This document shows positions 36,137-48,666 of a stretch of DNA of 64,000 nt, piece by piece. A program made the translations under genes and the position numbers. Position 1 is the stretch's first letter, and each line of letters begins with the position of its first letter. Below the pieces are notes generated by a model. The model made no database searches. It had not been told where the DNA came from and saw nothing but the letters and a program-made list of their open reading frames with translations. The stretch comes from Octopus bimaculoides (taxonomy: Eukaryota), in NCBI RefSeq assembly GCF_001194135.2, contig NC_068986.1:70644550-70708549 (forward strand). The letters run 5' to 3'.

Positions 36137-38347
36137 CAGGGTTGGATTTATAGTGGTGCAGAGGGGGCAATTGCCCCAGGCATCTAGATATTGGAGGAAC
36201 CCTGCTAGGAAGGGTATGCAGCACTCAATACAGGAGGTTGCCTCCCCCACCTCCCAGCAATCAGACATGAAGAGGCTCTCTTTCAATATACAAAGGTATC
36301 TTGATGTCTTAAAAAATGTAATGGATTCTTTTTTTATGCTAGCCACCTTAGAGACACCAAATAATTTAATTAAAATCACTAAAGCACCTGGGACAACAGA
36401 GAAAAGGAAAACAACAGAACACTCCTGAAAATGTAGGTATTTATGAATGTATGAAAGTGTGTGTGTGTGTAAGTATGAATGTATATAAAGATAAAGAGAT
36501 TGATAGAAAAATGTTATTGTCTCTAGGCCAAATCTCGAGCTTGACCTTGGCTTCACTAATAGCAGTTAAAGGCACACGCACACGCACACACACACTCATT
36601 TCTACTTCTAAATTTATTTCAGTGAGGCTTTGAAAACCAGTCTTATTTTATAAAGTAAGTAAAGAAAACTTTTGAATTTAGTTTTAATTTTAAGATTATA
36701 TCTCTCAACAGTTAAAAGCATTCTTTTTCAGCTTTAGAATGATTGCATATATATTCAAATGTTTCATTAAATCAAACCTTTTTTCTTTCTTATTTTTTCA
36801 TATATTTTTTGTCATTCTGTCAAACACTTGGAATTACTATATGAAAGTGGGACAAAATTGGTAACTGGGGCAAAATGAATAATGATTTCTTGTTATTTTC
36901 TCTAATTTTGTACCATTGCATCATCTTTGGCAGTAAAATTTGGTCAGTATAGATTATGTAGTTGGGAGTAAAAATTGGTTGGTATAGTTTACATAGTTGT
37001 TGTTGAAGTTGAGAGTTTGAAACTTAAGTGACAGGTAATATTTTCAAGAAATTTTTCCTCAAATTTGACCCAGTTGTAATTGAAGTAGCTAATAAAATAT
37101 CTGAATAATTTTTGGAGAAGAAGCTATAGTGAAGAAACTATAAAGAATATTTTTATGTTGGGTTTTTAGATTTAGTTGAGTTTCATTAATTTCTTATTAT
37201 GTGCTATTTTTCAATAATCTTCTTTCATTTCACCAAGATATTTTAAATTCTATTGCATTTCTGATGTCTAAGGATGGATGTTTATGTGTATGACTCTTTT
37301 CAAATTTAATTCTGGAGAACTGAAAGGGCAAATTTATCTTATTTTGTCTTACCTATTTTACCCCGCCTAAATTTGTCTTTTATTCGCTCAAAGAGAACAG
37401 TGATAATTTTTTTGAAACAGTGTTCTAAATATGTTATAGGTTTTACAGCATTTAGAGAAAGTCTTTACTTCCCTGATATAGTTTTGACAACGTAGTGAAG
37501 ATTTGTAAAAAATATAGTCTCTTCAAAGTCAAAAATGCAGTAAATATTACTCATAGTGCCTCACCTGCTCTTACTGGATTACTGGAAACTGGAAGAGCAG
37601 ACTTCCCCCATTTTCGTCAAGGGTTCCAGTTGATCCGATCAATGGAACAGCCTGCTCGTGAAATTAACATGCAAGTGGCTGAGCACTTCACAGACACGTG
37701 TACCCTTAACGTAGTTCTCGGGGATATTCAGCATGACACAGTGTGACAAGGCTGACCCTTTGAATTACAGGCAGAACAGAAACAGGAAGTAAGAGTGAGA
37801 GAAAGTTGTGGTGAAAGAGTACAGCAGGGTTCGCCACCATCCCCTGCCAGAGCCTCGTGGAGCTTTAGGTGTTTTCGCTCAATAAACACTCACAACGCCC
37901 GGTCTGGGAATCGAAACTGCGATTCTATGACCACGAGTCCGCTGCCCTAACCACTGGGCCATTGCACCTCCACCCTTTGGAACAGCAACAACAGCATAAC
38001 TTGCTGTCATTTTATCTTATTCTACATTCTGAAACATATGTAACTCACATTAAAAGAAGAAAATCTAATCTCATGCTTGCCTCCTTCATTGTACTTTTCA
38101 CAATGAAAGAAAAGTCAAACACTGCAAGTGGATGTGTAAAAAGCAAAACTTGAATTTTGAAAAAGTGTATCTATAAAGCAACATGTTCAGTCATTTAAAC
38201 TTTCTCTGTTAACTCATCAAATTCAATTATTTGAAACAGATGGGTTTTGAGATTTAAATTTGGTAATTTTCTAAGATTTTAATTCTTGTGTATAAGGGGC
38301 CCACCAAACTTGAAGTACCCCCCCCCCATTGTTTAAATCCAGTCCTG
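36137..38347. mobile_element. Non-autonomous hAT-type DNA transposon
   Basis: TIRs cagggttggattta / taaatccagtcctg, with a perfect 8-bp TSD agtagggt at 36129-36136 and 38348-38355. No intact transposase ORF. Confidence 0.85.
37612..37971 (-). mobile_element. tRNA-derived SINE, family C, nested in the hAT element
   Basis: The minus-strand head is ggaggtgcaatggcccagtggttagggcagcggactc...gtttcgattcccag, closely similar to 59258-59644. Confidence 0.85.
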
Positions 38348-39441
38348 AGTAGGGTCATGAGTGCTCTTAATCTGGTCTTATCAAGAACATGATAACCTCT
38401 CTAGTGATGGTGCCATTATAAATTGTCCTCAGTATTTCTCTGTTGCATGTTTGGTGTTAAGAAAGGTATCCAGCCTTAGAAACTATGCCAACATAAAATG
38501 TATAAGTGAGACATGTCCCTTCCCGCCACTCCAACCACAGAGAACTCAGTTTGGTAGTAATACATAATTGTAAAAGAAACCAAAACATTCACTGCTCTCA
38601 TTGCCAAACTGAAAAGTCACAATGATGAATAATCTAACCCCGCCACACCAACATTTAATGAAAACTCTAGCAGTCATTGTAATACTTTCATACAATAATT
38701 ATCATATGAGTTTCTCAAAATTTATCCAGTAGAATTATAATACAGAACAATTAGACAAATCATGACTCTAGGTATCTTGTGTTGTACCCCAGCCTTTGGT
38801 CCCCATATCCTTGAAAAACATGAGTATCTCTGGCTAGGAGTCCCTACACTATAAATGCAAGGACCCTTGTCTAACCAATTGCACGATACAATTAATGGAA
38901 CACTGAGAGAACCTGACATTGAGCACATATTTTTGATGTATGTGTTATCCAATAATGTAGTTTTGTCAAGTATACAAACAGACAGCTGTTGTCAGCTTGG
39001 GTCAGCAGCTGTCCACTGCCTGTTCACTGTCTGTCTGCTGTCTCTCAAAACTCTCTACTAAGTCATTATCTATCCACCTCTCCATCTCCCTAGGTTCACA
39101 TCCACTTTAGTTCTATTAGCTGCTAGCATATAGCCATTTACCCATGCACTGCATTGATTCCTGAAGGACCCAGTAGAATGACCATAATGTCTTCTAGAGT
39201 TTGTTATGGCATTATTTTGCTCCAACTTAAGTAGAGTATCCAAAAGGCTCAAATTTTAGAATCTATTATAATAATAGGCTTGTTAGTAAGTTTGTCCAAA
39301 ATCATGCAATGCTGAAGTAGCAGTGTAAGAGTAAAAAAAGAGAAGAGACAAAATGGTAATAACAATCAGAGAGGGAGTGGTATCAAACAGCGCCTCTCAC
39401 TCTCTCAACAAAGACCTTTCCACTTAATTGATGAACACTGC

Positions 39442-39472
<31 letters not shown>

Positions 39473-40049
39473 AATAACAACATTTTCATTTGATGAGTGC
39501 TGATTTTTTTCTGGTAAACACTAATAACAATATATAAGATAACTAAATAAGAGTTTAGCACCTCAAAATTATTTTTTCTGTATCTCTATGGAAGTTTGAT
39601 TGTTCTGGAAGATTTTCTGCTTAAAAAGTTGCAAAGTTAATAGAATATAAGATAAGTAAATAAGTTGGAATTTTTAAGTCATAGAATTAAAATATTGTCT
39701 ATTGAAAGAAAGTTTGATAATATTGTCTGTTTAAAGAAAGCTAAATATACAATGAAGGTAATTATAAATATTTATAAATACTTGCCGATACAGTGATGTT
39801 TGTAAATATTCATGAATGAAGAATTTTGCCAAGGCGGTAAACAGAGACAGAGAACATGTAGACATTGCTGGAAAAAAAAAAAGTCTCTGTGTGTAAGCCG
39901 TTAATGTAATCCTGTGTAATTTTGGACTTTGCATGGTTACGTATAGAAATATAAACAAACTAATGTACACACACATACACACACACAAATATACTCATTT
40001 GTTTTGAAGTTTGTGTTCCAATGTATTAAATATACTCATCCACCTGCTA

Positions 40050-40320
40050 TGGAGAATGAATCAGATAAAAGGTGACGGTTAGCCAGAGAGACAAAGGCGA
40101 AGAACAGCCAGTTTCACTCAAGAAGAACTAGACACAAGAAGATTAAACAATACATTAAGGTTATTAAATCAGTCACAAGAAGTGAGACAAGAGAGATGAC
40201 TGCAAGAAGACAGGCTCAAAGACGTCAAAATGAAAAGGAGCACCTAATTGCACAAAGGAGAGATATCCAAAGAGAGAGAGCAGCACAAAAGCGCCAAGAT
40301 GAAACAGAAGAACAACCAGA
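40050..40320 (+). mobile_element. Possible Helitron N-terminal low-complexity coding relic
   Basis: Charged repeats such as RQAQRRQNEKEHLIAQRRDIQRERAAQKRQDETEEQ resemble Helitron Rep N-terminal repeats. No Rep or helicase motif is seen. Confidence 0.3.
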
Positions 40321-40559
40321 CAAAGGGATTAAGTCAATTACATCGACCCCAGTGCGTAACTGGTACTTACGCCGTTGGCCACCTTCTTTCTGTTAAGCAA
40401 ACCTTTATTTAGAAGACTTTTTTTTTCCAACCTTTTCTGCTTCACTATGCAGTGCAAGCTTTTATATCCTATTTTTTGACAACTAAAACATTTCCGAATT
40501 TTAAATGGACAAGCTTTCTTAAAATGTAGACCTCCACGCCCATAGCATGGAATTGGCCG

Positions 40560-41567
40560 TAATATTCTTTTTTGTTTATTTATTCCTGGTCAACATGCCT
40601 GTACTTGAGAGAAATTTTTTCTCCAATTTTCTTCACATCCTATCACAAGTTGATAATTCTTTGACATTCCTCTGCTACTGCCTGCAGGGTTAAATTCTGG
40701 TCCTCCTGTTCTAGTTTTGTAAGAATCTGTGCATGTGTTTCTGCATCTTTGTTTACAATCAAACCTTTGTTTACCAAAGATGAGGCATTTAAACATGTCT
40801 GAAGATAATTCCTTCAATTAAAATTTTTTGCACATTTTATTTACAATTCCAGCATAAGTGACAAAATTTTTGCCCTCTTCTAAGTTCAAACATTCTTAAC
40901 AAGTGTTAAACAGGGAACTCATCGCTGAACATTTTGGATAGCAATTCAATTGTTTCCTCAAAACAAATTTCACTTGTAGTCTCACTTTCTTATCATCTGT
41001 CCAACAATTGCATTCTCCGTTGCAGATTTCTTCATATCTTCTGAAGTACGCCAAAAAAATTTATATCCTCTTCTGGGTTATAACTAAATTCAGTTATAGC
41101 ATTTGCTATACCGTCTGGTGAAAACAAACTTGCAGTGTTTCCCAACTTCAATATCAGTTCCGGCAACTTATTGTGTTGTAGTTGTTGGTACAAGTCTTGT
41201 TGCTGTTGTTGTGGTTGCTTTTGCAACTGTAATCTGCCAGCTAATAGGTCTTCCATAATTAACGAATTTTTTGTATCCTAAAGAATTGCTAATGACCACC
41301 ATAAGCTTTGAATCAACTCGTCACCACTTTTATAACATGGCTTCTGTATATGTCACCTTAGTGCTCTTCACTAATGCAGTGTGATATATGGTACCATGGA
41401 ACAGGGTAGACACCAACTGTCTCCACTTGATGTATTCCCAAATACTCTGCCAACAGCTGTAACCAATCCAAAACAACTCTCAACAATTTCCTGTGACTTC
41501 ACAAACTCACAAACGACACCTTTCAACTCCCTGTGATTTCTCCTCTCAGTCAAACACACTGCTACTT
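40560..41567 (-). mobile_element. Gypsy-type LTR retrotransposon relic (putative 5' LTR remnant, PBS, gag)
   Basis: The minus strand gives FSPDGIANAITEFSYNPEE... and LKELSSDMFKCLIF, gag-like motifs. The PBS-like TGGTGACGAG is at about 41326-41317. Confidence 0.65.
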
Positions 41568-42030
41568 AATGTCCTCTTTCTTTCTTCTATATGTACTAAC
41601 TTTCTAATTACTGCTGTAGAAACTGGAGGTGTTGAAGAGTATCCTATTCGAATTAGAGACATGGTAAAGGTGTTTCGTGTTTTCAGATTACCTCGCCGTA
41701 ATGATGTTCAGATATCACAGAAATGGAAGTGGCTAGCATCATTCTAAAGGAATATGGGGCAGTGACGAGCAAAAACTAACCTGAATAAGTCAGAGTCTTT
41801 GAGGCTCAACAGCCTGAGATGCAAATGCATGCTGCTGGCTAGCATCATAATGCTGATGGTTGGTGTTTGTTTGGTCTGGACCTCCAGTTGGATGAGACTA
41901 CATGTAAAATGACCAGGCTCACCTGGAAATGGGTTGAGAGGAAACCATCCCAGAAAAGTCAGGTAGATGTAATGAACATGTACATCACTTCTTTCCCTTT
42001 ACCATCGTCTCTCACCTCAGTTTACATCTG
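41568..42030 (+). mobile_element. L1-Tx1 clade LINE RT fragment
   Basis: Broken frames give ILKEYGAVT / AKTNLNKSESLRL / DETTCKMTRLTWKWVERKPSQKSQVDVMNMYI, matching the Tx1 post-YADD region. Confidence 0.7.
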
Positions 42031-42199
42031 ACCAGATTAGTGTATTTGTTGTTTCACTTTTTGTGGATAGGACATATTCCATTGGTTGGACAGTTCATCC
42101 AAGACTTTCTTCATTCTCCATTCTCACAGGGTGTGTCATGATTCTCACCATAGCATGAACATAAACAGGAAGAGTATTTTGGCTAGATATGGTCAGCTT

Positions 42200-44170
42200 A
42201 AATGCTAAAGTTTTAAACAATGATCATAATATAAAACCATCTAAAAGAAAGATAATGAGAAAATAGGAAATAAAGTCAGAACACCAATTTGCTGAAGTAG
42301 TGGAGAATATAAAACATAAAGCGCAGGCCAAATCTACACATATATGCCACTTCAAAAAATGATCCCAGTTCTTCAAAGATAACAGCATGTTTAAAGATAA
42401 TCCAAAGAAATTCTTTTGGCATACTGGAAATAGTATCATCAAAATAGAAATCCCCAAAGAGCATGAAATACTGGAGTTCTGGAGGAAAAGTTTGGCAGAT
42501 GTAAAGGAGTATAACTGTGATGTTTCATGGATTAATAAACAAAAAAAGGACACCGAGCTTATAGAAGAGCAAATATGGAGAAATTAGTGTAGAAAATATC
42601 AGACTTGCATTGAAAAAGTCACCTGGTATGGATAAGATCCCAAACTATTGACTCAATATGTTTACAAACTTACAGAAGGAACTAACATGTTACAATGCAA
42701 TTAATGGTATCACTTTTTTGCCCCCCAAAAATGATGAAACAAAAACCCTAAGGATTATAGACCCATAATGTGCCCTAAAACAATGTACAAAATCTTTACA
42801 TCTTTCCTAATGGAACACATATATGCTTTTCTCAATAACAACATCTACCCTGATGAACAAAAAGTATGTAAACATAGTTCTTACAGATGCAGAGATCAAC
42901 TGTTAATTAAAAGAATAATCTTTGAAGATTGTCACAACATGGTAAAACTTCTCTGAGTGGCCTGGGTAGACTACAAGAAGACCTTTGATAGTCTTCCTTG
43001 CAACTGGATAAAGGAATGCTTGGAGATGTTCAAAATTTTGCCAGTAATCAAGAATTTTGTATTTTACACCATGAAGCTCAACACTGGTGCTTCAAATATA
43101 AACACTGGACAACTCAATATTATGAGATGGTTTCAAAATGTTCCTGGACTAGTTATGTTTAGTAAAAAAATAACTTATTTACCTGATTTTTAACATCATC
43201 TCCTTCAGAATAGTTGCCATGCACAGCAATACACTGGTCCCAGCATTCCTGCCACTTTTGGAATCCAGCCTGGAAGTTGTTTTCCATAAGCGAGTTGAGG
43301 ATCTTCTGCAATTCACTCTTAATCTTGACAACAGTGTTCAAACAGCAATCTTTGAGCTGCAATTTCATCTTGAGGAAGAGATGGTAGTCTGCAGGTGCTA
43401 AATCTGTCTCGTGAAGGTCACTGCTAGCTCTTACTGTGCACACAAACCATATGCTGCCATCAGTTGTTGTGCTACAGAACTAGTCTAGGAACTTTTGATA
43501 CCACATTGTAATTGTAGAATCTTTCATTATCTCCTTTGTTATTCTACTTAGCATTATTTTCTTGAATGAAACAAATTATGGATATCAAGTGTATGGAAAA
43601 AACAGTTAATCATCTCCTCTATATGGATGACTTGAAACTATTCACAAAAAGTGACCAACAACTACAAGCACTCCTACACACAGCCAAAGAATTTAGTGAT
43701 AGCATCAAAATGGCATTTGAGCTTGACAAATGCACCAAGGCTGCAATTACCAAGGGAAAACTATCAAACACATATGTCACCCTAGATAGAGACACTGAGA
43801 TAAGAGAATTTGAACATCAGAGTAGTTATAAGTATCTAGGAGTATATGAAGGAAATGGGTTTAAACACTCATTAATGAGAAAAAAGACAAGAAGGCATGA
43901 CAATGTTGGTAAAATGATTCACTGGGAACTACGTAACAAGTTTGGATTGGAAAAGAGGGGAAAATGGTATAAAAATGTGCCAAAGAAAAGGATGTGGAAG
44001 AAAATGACAGAGTAAAGGTACAATAGGACTTCATAATCCAATGTGATTATAAGATTGAACACCAGAAACTTGATATTGGATTGATAGACAAGGGAGAAAA
44101 ATCATGTCTTGATCATAGACAGAAAAAACTGATGAGATATGAAATCCTAAAAAGACAAAACAAAAAGCTT
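42200..44170 (+). mobile_element. R4/Dong-clade (RLE) non-LTR retrotransposon, degenerate
   Basis: CPKTMYKIFTS, AWVDYKKTFDSLP, NHLLYMDDLKLF, SYKYLGV, RHDNVGKMIHWEL and DFIIQCDYKIEHQKLDI in broken frames. Confidence 0.85.
43123..43508 (-). mobile_element. Short internally deleted mariner inserted in the R4 element
   Basis: TA at both ends and imperfect TIRs. It encodes DLAPADYHLFLKMKLQLK...FQKWQECWDQCIAVHGNY. Removing it restores the R4 LNINCRIF motif. Confidence 0.85.
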
Positions 44171-44245
44171 TAGTCAATTAAAAAGGTATTATATTGTGTC
44201 CATAACTGTTGATGACCTAGATGCAGTGAGCAAAGAAATTAAGAG

Positions 44246-44560
44246 TCATCTAATTGGAGGTCCAGACCAAACCAGCATTATGATGCTAGCCAGCAGCATG
44301 CATTTGCATCTCAGGCTGTTGAGCCTCAAAGACTCTGACTTATTCAGGTTAGTTTTTGCTCGTCACTGCCCCATATTCCTTTAGAATGATGCTAGCCACT
44401 TCCATTTCTGTGATATCTGAACATCATTACGGCGAGGTAATCCGAAAAGACGAAACACCTTTACCATGTCTCTAATTCGAATAGGATACCCTTCAACACC
44501 TCCAGTTTCTACAGCAGTAATTAGAGAATTAGTACATATAGAAGGAAGAAAGAGGACATT
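44246..44560 (-). repeat. Inverted duplicate of the Tx1 fragment at 41568-41895
   Basis: Near-identical reverse complement with a handful of substitutions and one ~13-nt indel. Confidence 0.9.
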
Positions 44561-44734
44561 CAATTATAAGCCTTTTCTTTTATTTTCTACAAGAGGGACA
44601 GATGAAAAAACAAATTGCGATAATGGCAGGGAATTACGCAAAATTAAAAAACAACTAAAACCAAGTCCTAGAAAGCAAGTTTACAAAAGTTATGAAACGA
44701 TTATTATTACCCACATAGGAGTAATGATTGTTTC

Positions 44735-44880
44735 TAATTTAGGCCAGCAATTTTAAGGGGAGAGGGTGAATAGAATATATCACTTGATGAGCATTTTATT
44801 TTATTAACTACAAAGGGATGAAAGACAAAGTTAACCCCGACGGGATTTGAACCCGTAAAAAGTCGGAACAAATACTGCGA
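44735..44880 (-). mobile_element. tRNA-derived SINE, family B, degenerate
   Basis: aagggatgaaagacaaagttaaccccgacgggatttgaaccc matches the reverse complement of family B. Confidence 0.55.
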
Positions 44881-44899
44881 AGCATTTTTATCGAAATTT

Positions 44900-45405
44900 T
44901 AATGATTTTTGCCGGCTCACCGCTTTGTAGGAATTTAATAATGATTTTTTTTTTCATTGCTTATTATAAACACAGTAAAGAAAAGGGTTATAACAATTTT
45001 TTTTCTCATATTGTTATAAGGGCGACGAATGAAGGAACAAACGTGATGAGATTTGGATCATGTATAGAAAGCAGTCTTGGAAATAAAACAATATAAATAT
45101 ATATGACATGGACTGTTCCAACAGAGTCTCATCTACTTGAGATCAATCAGAAAACCCCTCGCATTTGCTGTCTCTCCCCAAATTTCTAACAATGTCCGAA
45201 TAAATCTGGATTAGATTATGTCAATTCGTGCCTTCCATCTGCACAATTTGCAAATCATCAGCAACTGACAACAAATAAGATTCATGCGCAGTGACAATTT
45301 TAGTTATGCGAGAACTATGATGTGGCAAGGGTAGTGTTGCCTTGAGGATTGCCAGCACTACTTTTATTCAGTACAACAACAATACCTTAGTATTTATTTT
45401 TTAAA
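44900..45405 (+). promoter_or_regulatory. Putative ARL1 promoter/5' UTR
   Basis: Repeat-free, CpG-retaining segment immediately upstream of the ARL1 ATG. It contains CATGCGCA (NRF1-like half site) at about 45283-45290. The TSS cannot be determined. Confidence 0.4.
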
Positions 45406-45409
45406 ATGG
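45406..45409 (+). CDS. ARL1: ADP-ribosylation factor-like 1, coding exon 1 (ATG G)
   Basis: ttaaaATGG|gtaagt supplies Met and the first base of Gly2 needed by the phase-1 exon at 52656. It sits in a CpG-retaining promoter-like region. Confidence 0.75.
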
Positions 45410-46935
45410 GTAAGTTTTCAATTGAATGTATTTAAGTTGAACATTTTTTTTTTCTTTGTAGTTCAATAGAAATGAAGTAAGAAAACACCATCAATCTAAA
45501 TTGATGTAACAAGTTCCATACCTAAATGTGTGGGGTTTTTTCGTGTGTGAATCCTTAGGTAGAAGTAGTCTATAAAATTATTTAATTTAGTTTTACTTTT
45601 ATTTCGTATTTTTAACTATCATTTTAATTTACTTCGTGATAGCCATGAAAGTGAAAAAGTAAGCGGAAATCTTCTAATTGTAGGCTGGGTTATTGGAGGT
45701 GTAATTATAGACTTATGAAAAACAACATGGATATTAACCCAAAGAAAGTAAATTCCCTGTATATTAGTTGTTTTATTTATATTCAAGATTGATAATAGCA
45801 GTTAATATACAACGCTATTGTTTTTAGTCAAGTCTTCTAAAATGTTAGTTCGTCTAAAGTCGTATTTTATTTAATGTCTTTATATCTTGACAACCCATCC
45901 TAGCTGTTATAATACACGTATGTTGAGAAAGTCTGTTGCCGTCTTCTATCCCATTTCTAATTAGGTAACAGCTGAGGTGTTCGTAGATTTGTTCTTGATA
46001 CTAACGTTTCTTTGGGTTTTGAGTTCAGATCTCACTGGATTCAATATAGCCTTTTATCCTTTTGGGTTCGATAGAATAGAGTGGTGTCACTCAAGTACTG
46101 TATGTATCCTCCCCCAACATGTGTAACCTTGTGTCTATATTAGAAATTAATAATTAAATTTATTGACCGAGTAATCTAACACTACTAATATATTTCAAGT
46201 AGTCGTTTAGTTATATAAAAAAATATGTTGCCTTGTCAGTGTTATTGAACTGTCAATCTACGATCCAAGTTTTTATTCCAAACTGCAACCGATTCACTTA
46301 TGTCCCAGCATGTTGTTATATCTCGTGCCGAAGTAAGAAAGTGGTTTTATAGTATCATTATACTTAATTGTTTCTGCACGAAGAGAGTTTAACAATCACA
46401 ATATTTATAGATAAGTGTGAAAGATCAAAGTATAGCCAAACATTTTAGTGTTTCCATATGTATAATATAGTGAGCAGTGAATAATTGAAAATATTTTATG
46501 CGGTGAGGAAAAGACAAAATTAGCACAATGAATAACATTTTAGGGATGAGGTCTAAGACTGAATCGTGCTTGGAGTTGTTTCCCGTATTTGCCGAAAAAA
46601 TTAAAATTTAAATATGCTAACACTAACATAACTATAGATTTTTGTGCGGTTGGTACCGCTTTGTAATCAACCTCATTGATTTGTAGTCGACATGTATAAT
46701 ATAGTGAGTTGAAAAGCTTTTAACTGAGATAATTTTTGCAATTAATAGACAAAAATCCTCCTTGAGGTCTAAAAAACCTAGAAACATTAAGCAAGGTAGG
46801 TAACTCCATTAATATCAGCTCACCCAAATTTTTGAAAATTCAATTCGCTAGACTACATATGTTAAATTATTGCTCAGATATTTTCTTCTGCCCTATTGTT
46901 GATACTCGTAATCGGCATCACAACTCTCTCATATA

Positions 46936-47060
46936 GGCGTGGGTTCAGCCCCACTGCATGGCACCTTGGGCAAATGTCTTCTACGATAGCCTCCGGCTGA
47001 CTAAAGCCTTGTGAGTGAGTTCGGTGAACGAAAACTGAAAGAATCCTGTCGTGTATATGT
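46936..47060 (+). mobile_element. tRNA-derived SINE, family A
   Basis: gggttcagccccactgcatggcaccttgggcaaatgtcttctacgatagcc... Confidence 0.7.
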
Positions 47061-47676
47061 CTATATATATCTTGTCAATGTTTCATATCCAGAAAAGAAG
47101 CACTCCCTAAGGCATAGAGCAGTAATGTATTAAAAGTAATTAAGTTTGTGACTGGACATAAACTTAATTACTTTTAATATACGTGTCTGTATCCCCACCA
47201 CTGCTTCGTAACATATTCCAGTAACTTCGTGCTTCGGCAAAAGAAGCTGATGGAATAATTACCAAGATTTAAAAAAAAATACTGGGGTTGATTTGCTCGA
47301 CTAGAATACTTCATGGCGGTACCCTATCATGGCTGCAGTCTAATGGCAGAAACAAGTAAAAGATATATATATATGTGTGTGTGCAGGCATGGCCATGTGC
47401 TAAGAAGCTTGCTTCCCAATTACATGGTTCAGGGTTCATTCCCACTGCGTGACACCTTTGAGCGACCAAAGCTTTGTGAGTGTAAATATATATCAGGTCA
47501 TCCCATAAGTTGTGTCCGGTTTTACCTTTTTTAAAATTGAATGAAATTTAATAGTATTTTAGAATGTCTAATGGTATCAAAAATTATTTTTATGCATTTG
47601 TGTACATTTAAACTAATTAAATATTATTTTACAGAATAATAGAATTAAAATTTCTTTGATTAAAACCCTTTCTAAC

Positions 47677-48666
47677 ATGGAAATATCCAAAGAGCATTTA
47701 AGGCACATAATGCTTTATGAGTACAGAAAAGGAAACTCTGCCGCCGAAGCGACTCGAAACATACACTCAGTTTATGGGAAAGAATGCTTGAATGAAAGAA
47801 CTTGCAGAAGATGGTTTGCAAAATTCAGAAGTGGAGATTTCAGCCTTGAAGATGAAGATCGAAGAGGGCGTCCAGTTGAGTTTGATGATAANNNNNNNNN
47901 NNNNNNNNNNNNNNNNNNNNNNNNNNNNNNNNNNNNNNNNNNNNNNNNNNNNNNNNNNNNNNNNNNNNNNNNNNNNNNNNNNNNNNNNNNNNNNNNNNNN
48001 NNNNNNNNNNNNNNNNNNNNNNNNNNNNNNNNNNNNNNNNNNNNNNNNNNNNNNNNNNNNNNNNNNNNNNNNNNNNNNNNNNNNNNNNNNNNNNNNNNNN
48101 NNNNNNNNNNNNNNNNNNNNNNNNNNNNNNNNNNNNNNNNNNNNNNNNNNNNNNNNNNNNNNNNNNNNNNNNNNNNNNNNNNNNNNNNNNNNNNNNNNNN
48201 NNNNNNNNNNNNNNNNNNNNNNNNNNNNNNNNNNNNNNNNNNNNNNNNNNNNNNNNNNNNNNNNNNNNNNNNNNNNNNNNNNNNNNNNNNNNNNNNNNNN
48301 NNNNNNNNNNNNNNNNNNNNNNNNNNNNNNNNNNNNNNNNNNNNNNNNNNNNNNNNNNNNNNNNNNNNNNNNNNNNNNNNNNNNNNNNNNNNNNNNNNNN
48401 NNNNNNNNNNNNNNNNNNNNNNNNNNNNNNNNNNNNNNNNNNNNNNNNNNNNNNNNNNNNNNNNNNNNNNNNNNNNNNNNNNNNNNNNNNNNNNNNNNNN
48501 NNNNNNNNNNNNNNNNNNNNNNNNNNNNNNNNNNNNNNNNNNNNNNNNNNNNNNNNNNNNNNNNNNNNNNNNNNNNNNNNNNNNNNNNNNNNNNGATGGG
48601 ATTAAAAAGCTTGTAAATAGATGGAAGGAAGTCATAGATAATCAGGGAAAGTTCATTGATGATTAA
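47677..48666 (+). CDS. Mariner transposase (N- and C-termini visible, middle in N gap)
   Basis: MEISKEHLRHIMLYEYRKGNSAAEATRNIHSVYGKECLNERTCRRWFAKFRSGDFSLEDEDRRGRP ... DGIKKLVNRWKEVIDNQGKFIDD*. No stop codon in the sequenced parts; intactness is unknown. Confidence 0.65.
   Translation: MEISKEHLRHIMLYEYRKGNSAAEATRNIHSVYGKECLNERTCRRWFAKFRSGDFSLEDEDRRGRPVEFDDXXXXXXXXXXXXXXXXXXXXXXXXXXXXXXXXXXXXXXXXXXXXXXXXXXXXXXXXXXXXXXXXXXXXXXXXXXXXXXXXXXXXXXXXXXXXXXXXXXXXXXXXXXXXXXXXXXXXXXXXXXXXXXXXXXXXXXXXXXXXXXXXXXXXXXXXXXXXXXXXXXXXXXXXXXXXXXXXXXXXXXXXXXXXXXXXXXXXXXXXXXXXXXXXXXXXXXXXXXXXXXXXXXXXXXXXXXXDGIKKLVNRWKEVIDNQGKFIDD
47892..48594. other. Assembly gap (703 N)
   Basis: Run of N. Confidence 1.

Noticed and set aside
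37900-37971. tRNA-like sequences (also 59570-59644, 54585-54650, 31930-31995)
   Set aside because: These are SINE heads continuing into shared non-tRNA bodies, not tRNA genes.
38722-39260. ORFs of 60-76 aa in GC-moderate sequence
   Set aside because: Probably a TE relic, but no motif could be matched with confidence.
45323-45361. Overlapping 5-9 bp stems (pseudoknot-like) in the ARL1 5' region
   Set aside because: Stems this short are expected by chance, and there is no ribozyme or snoRNA consensus.
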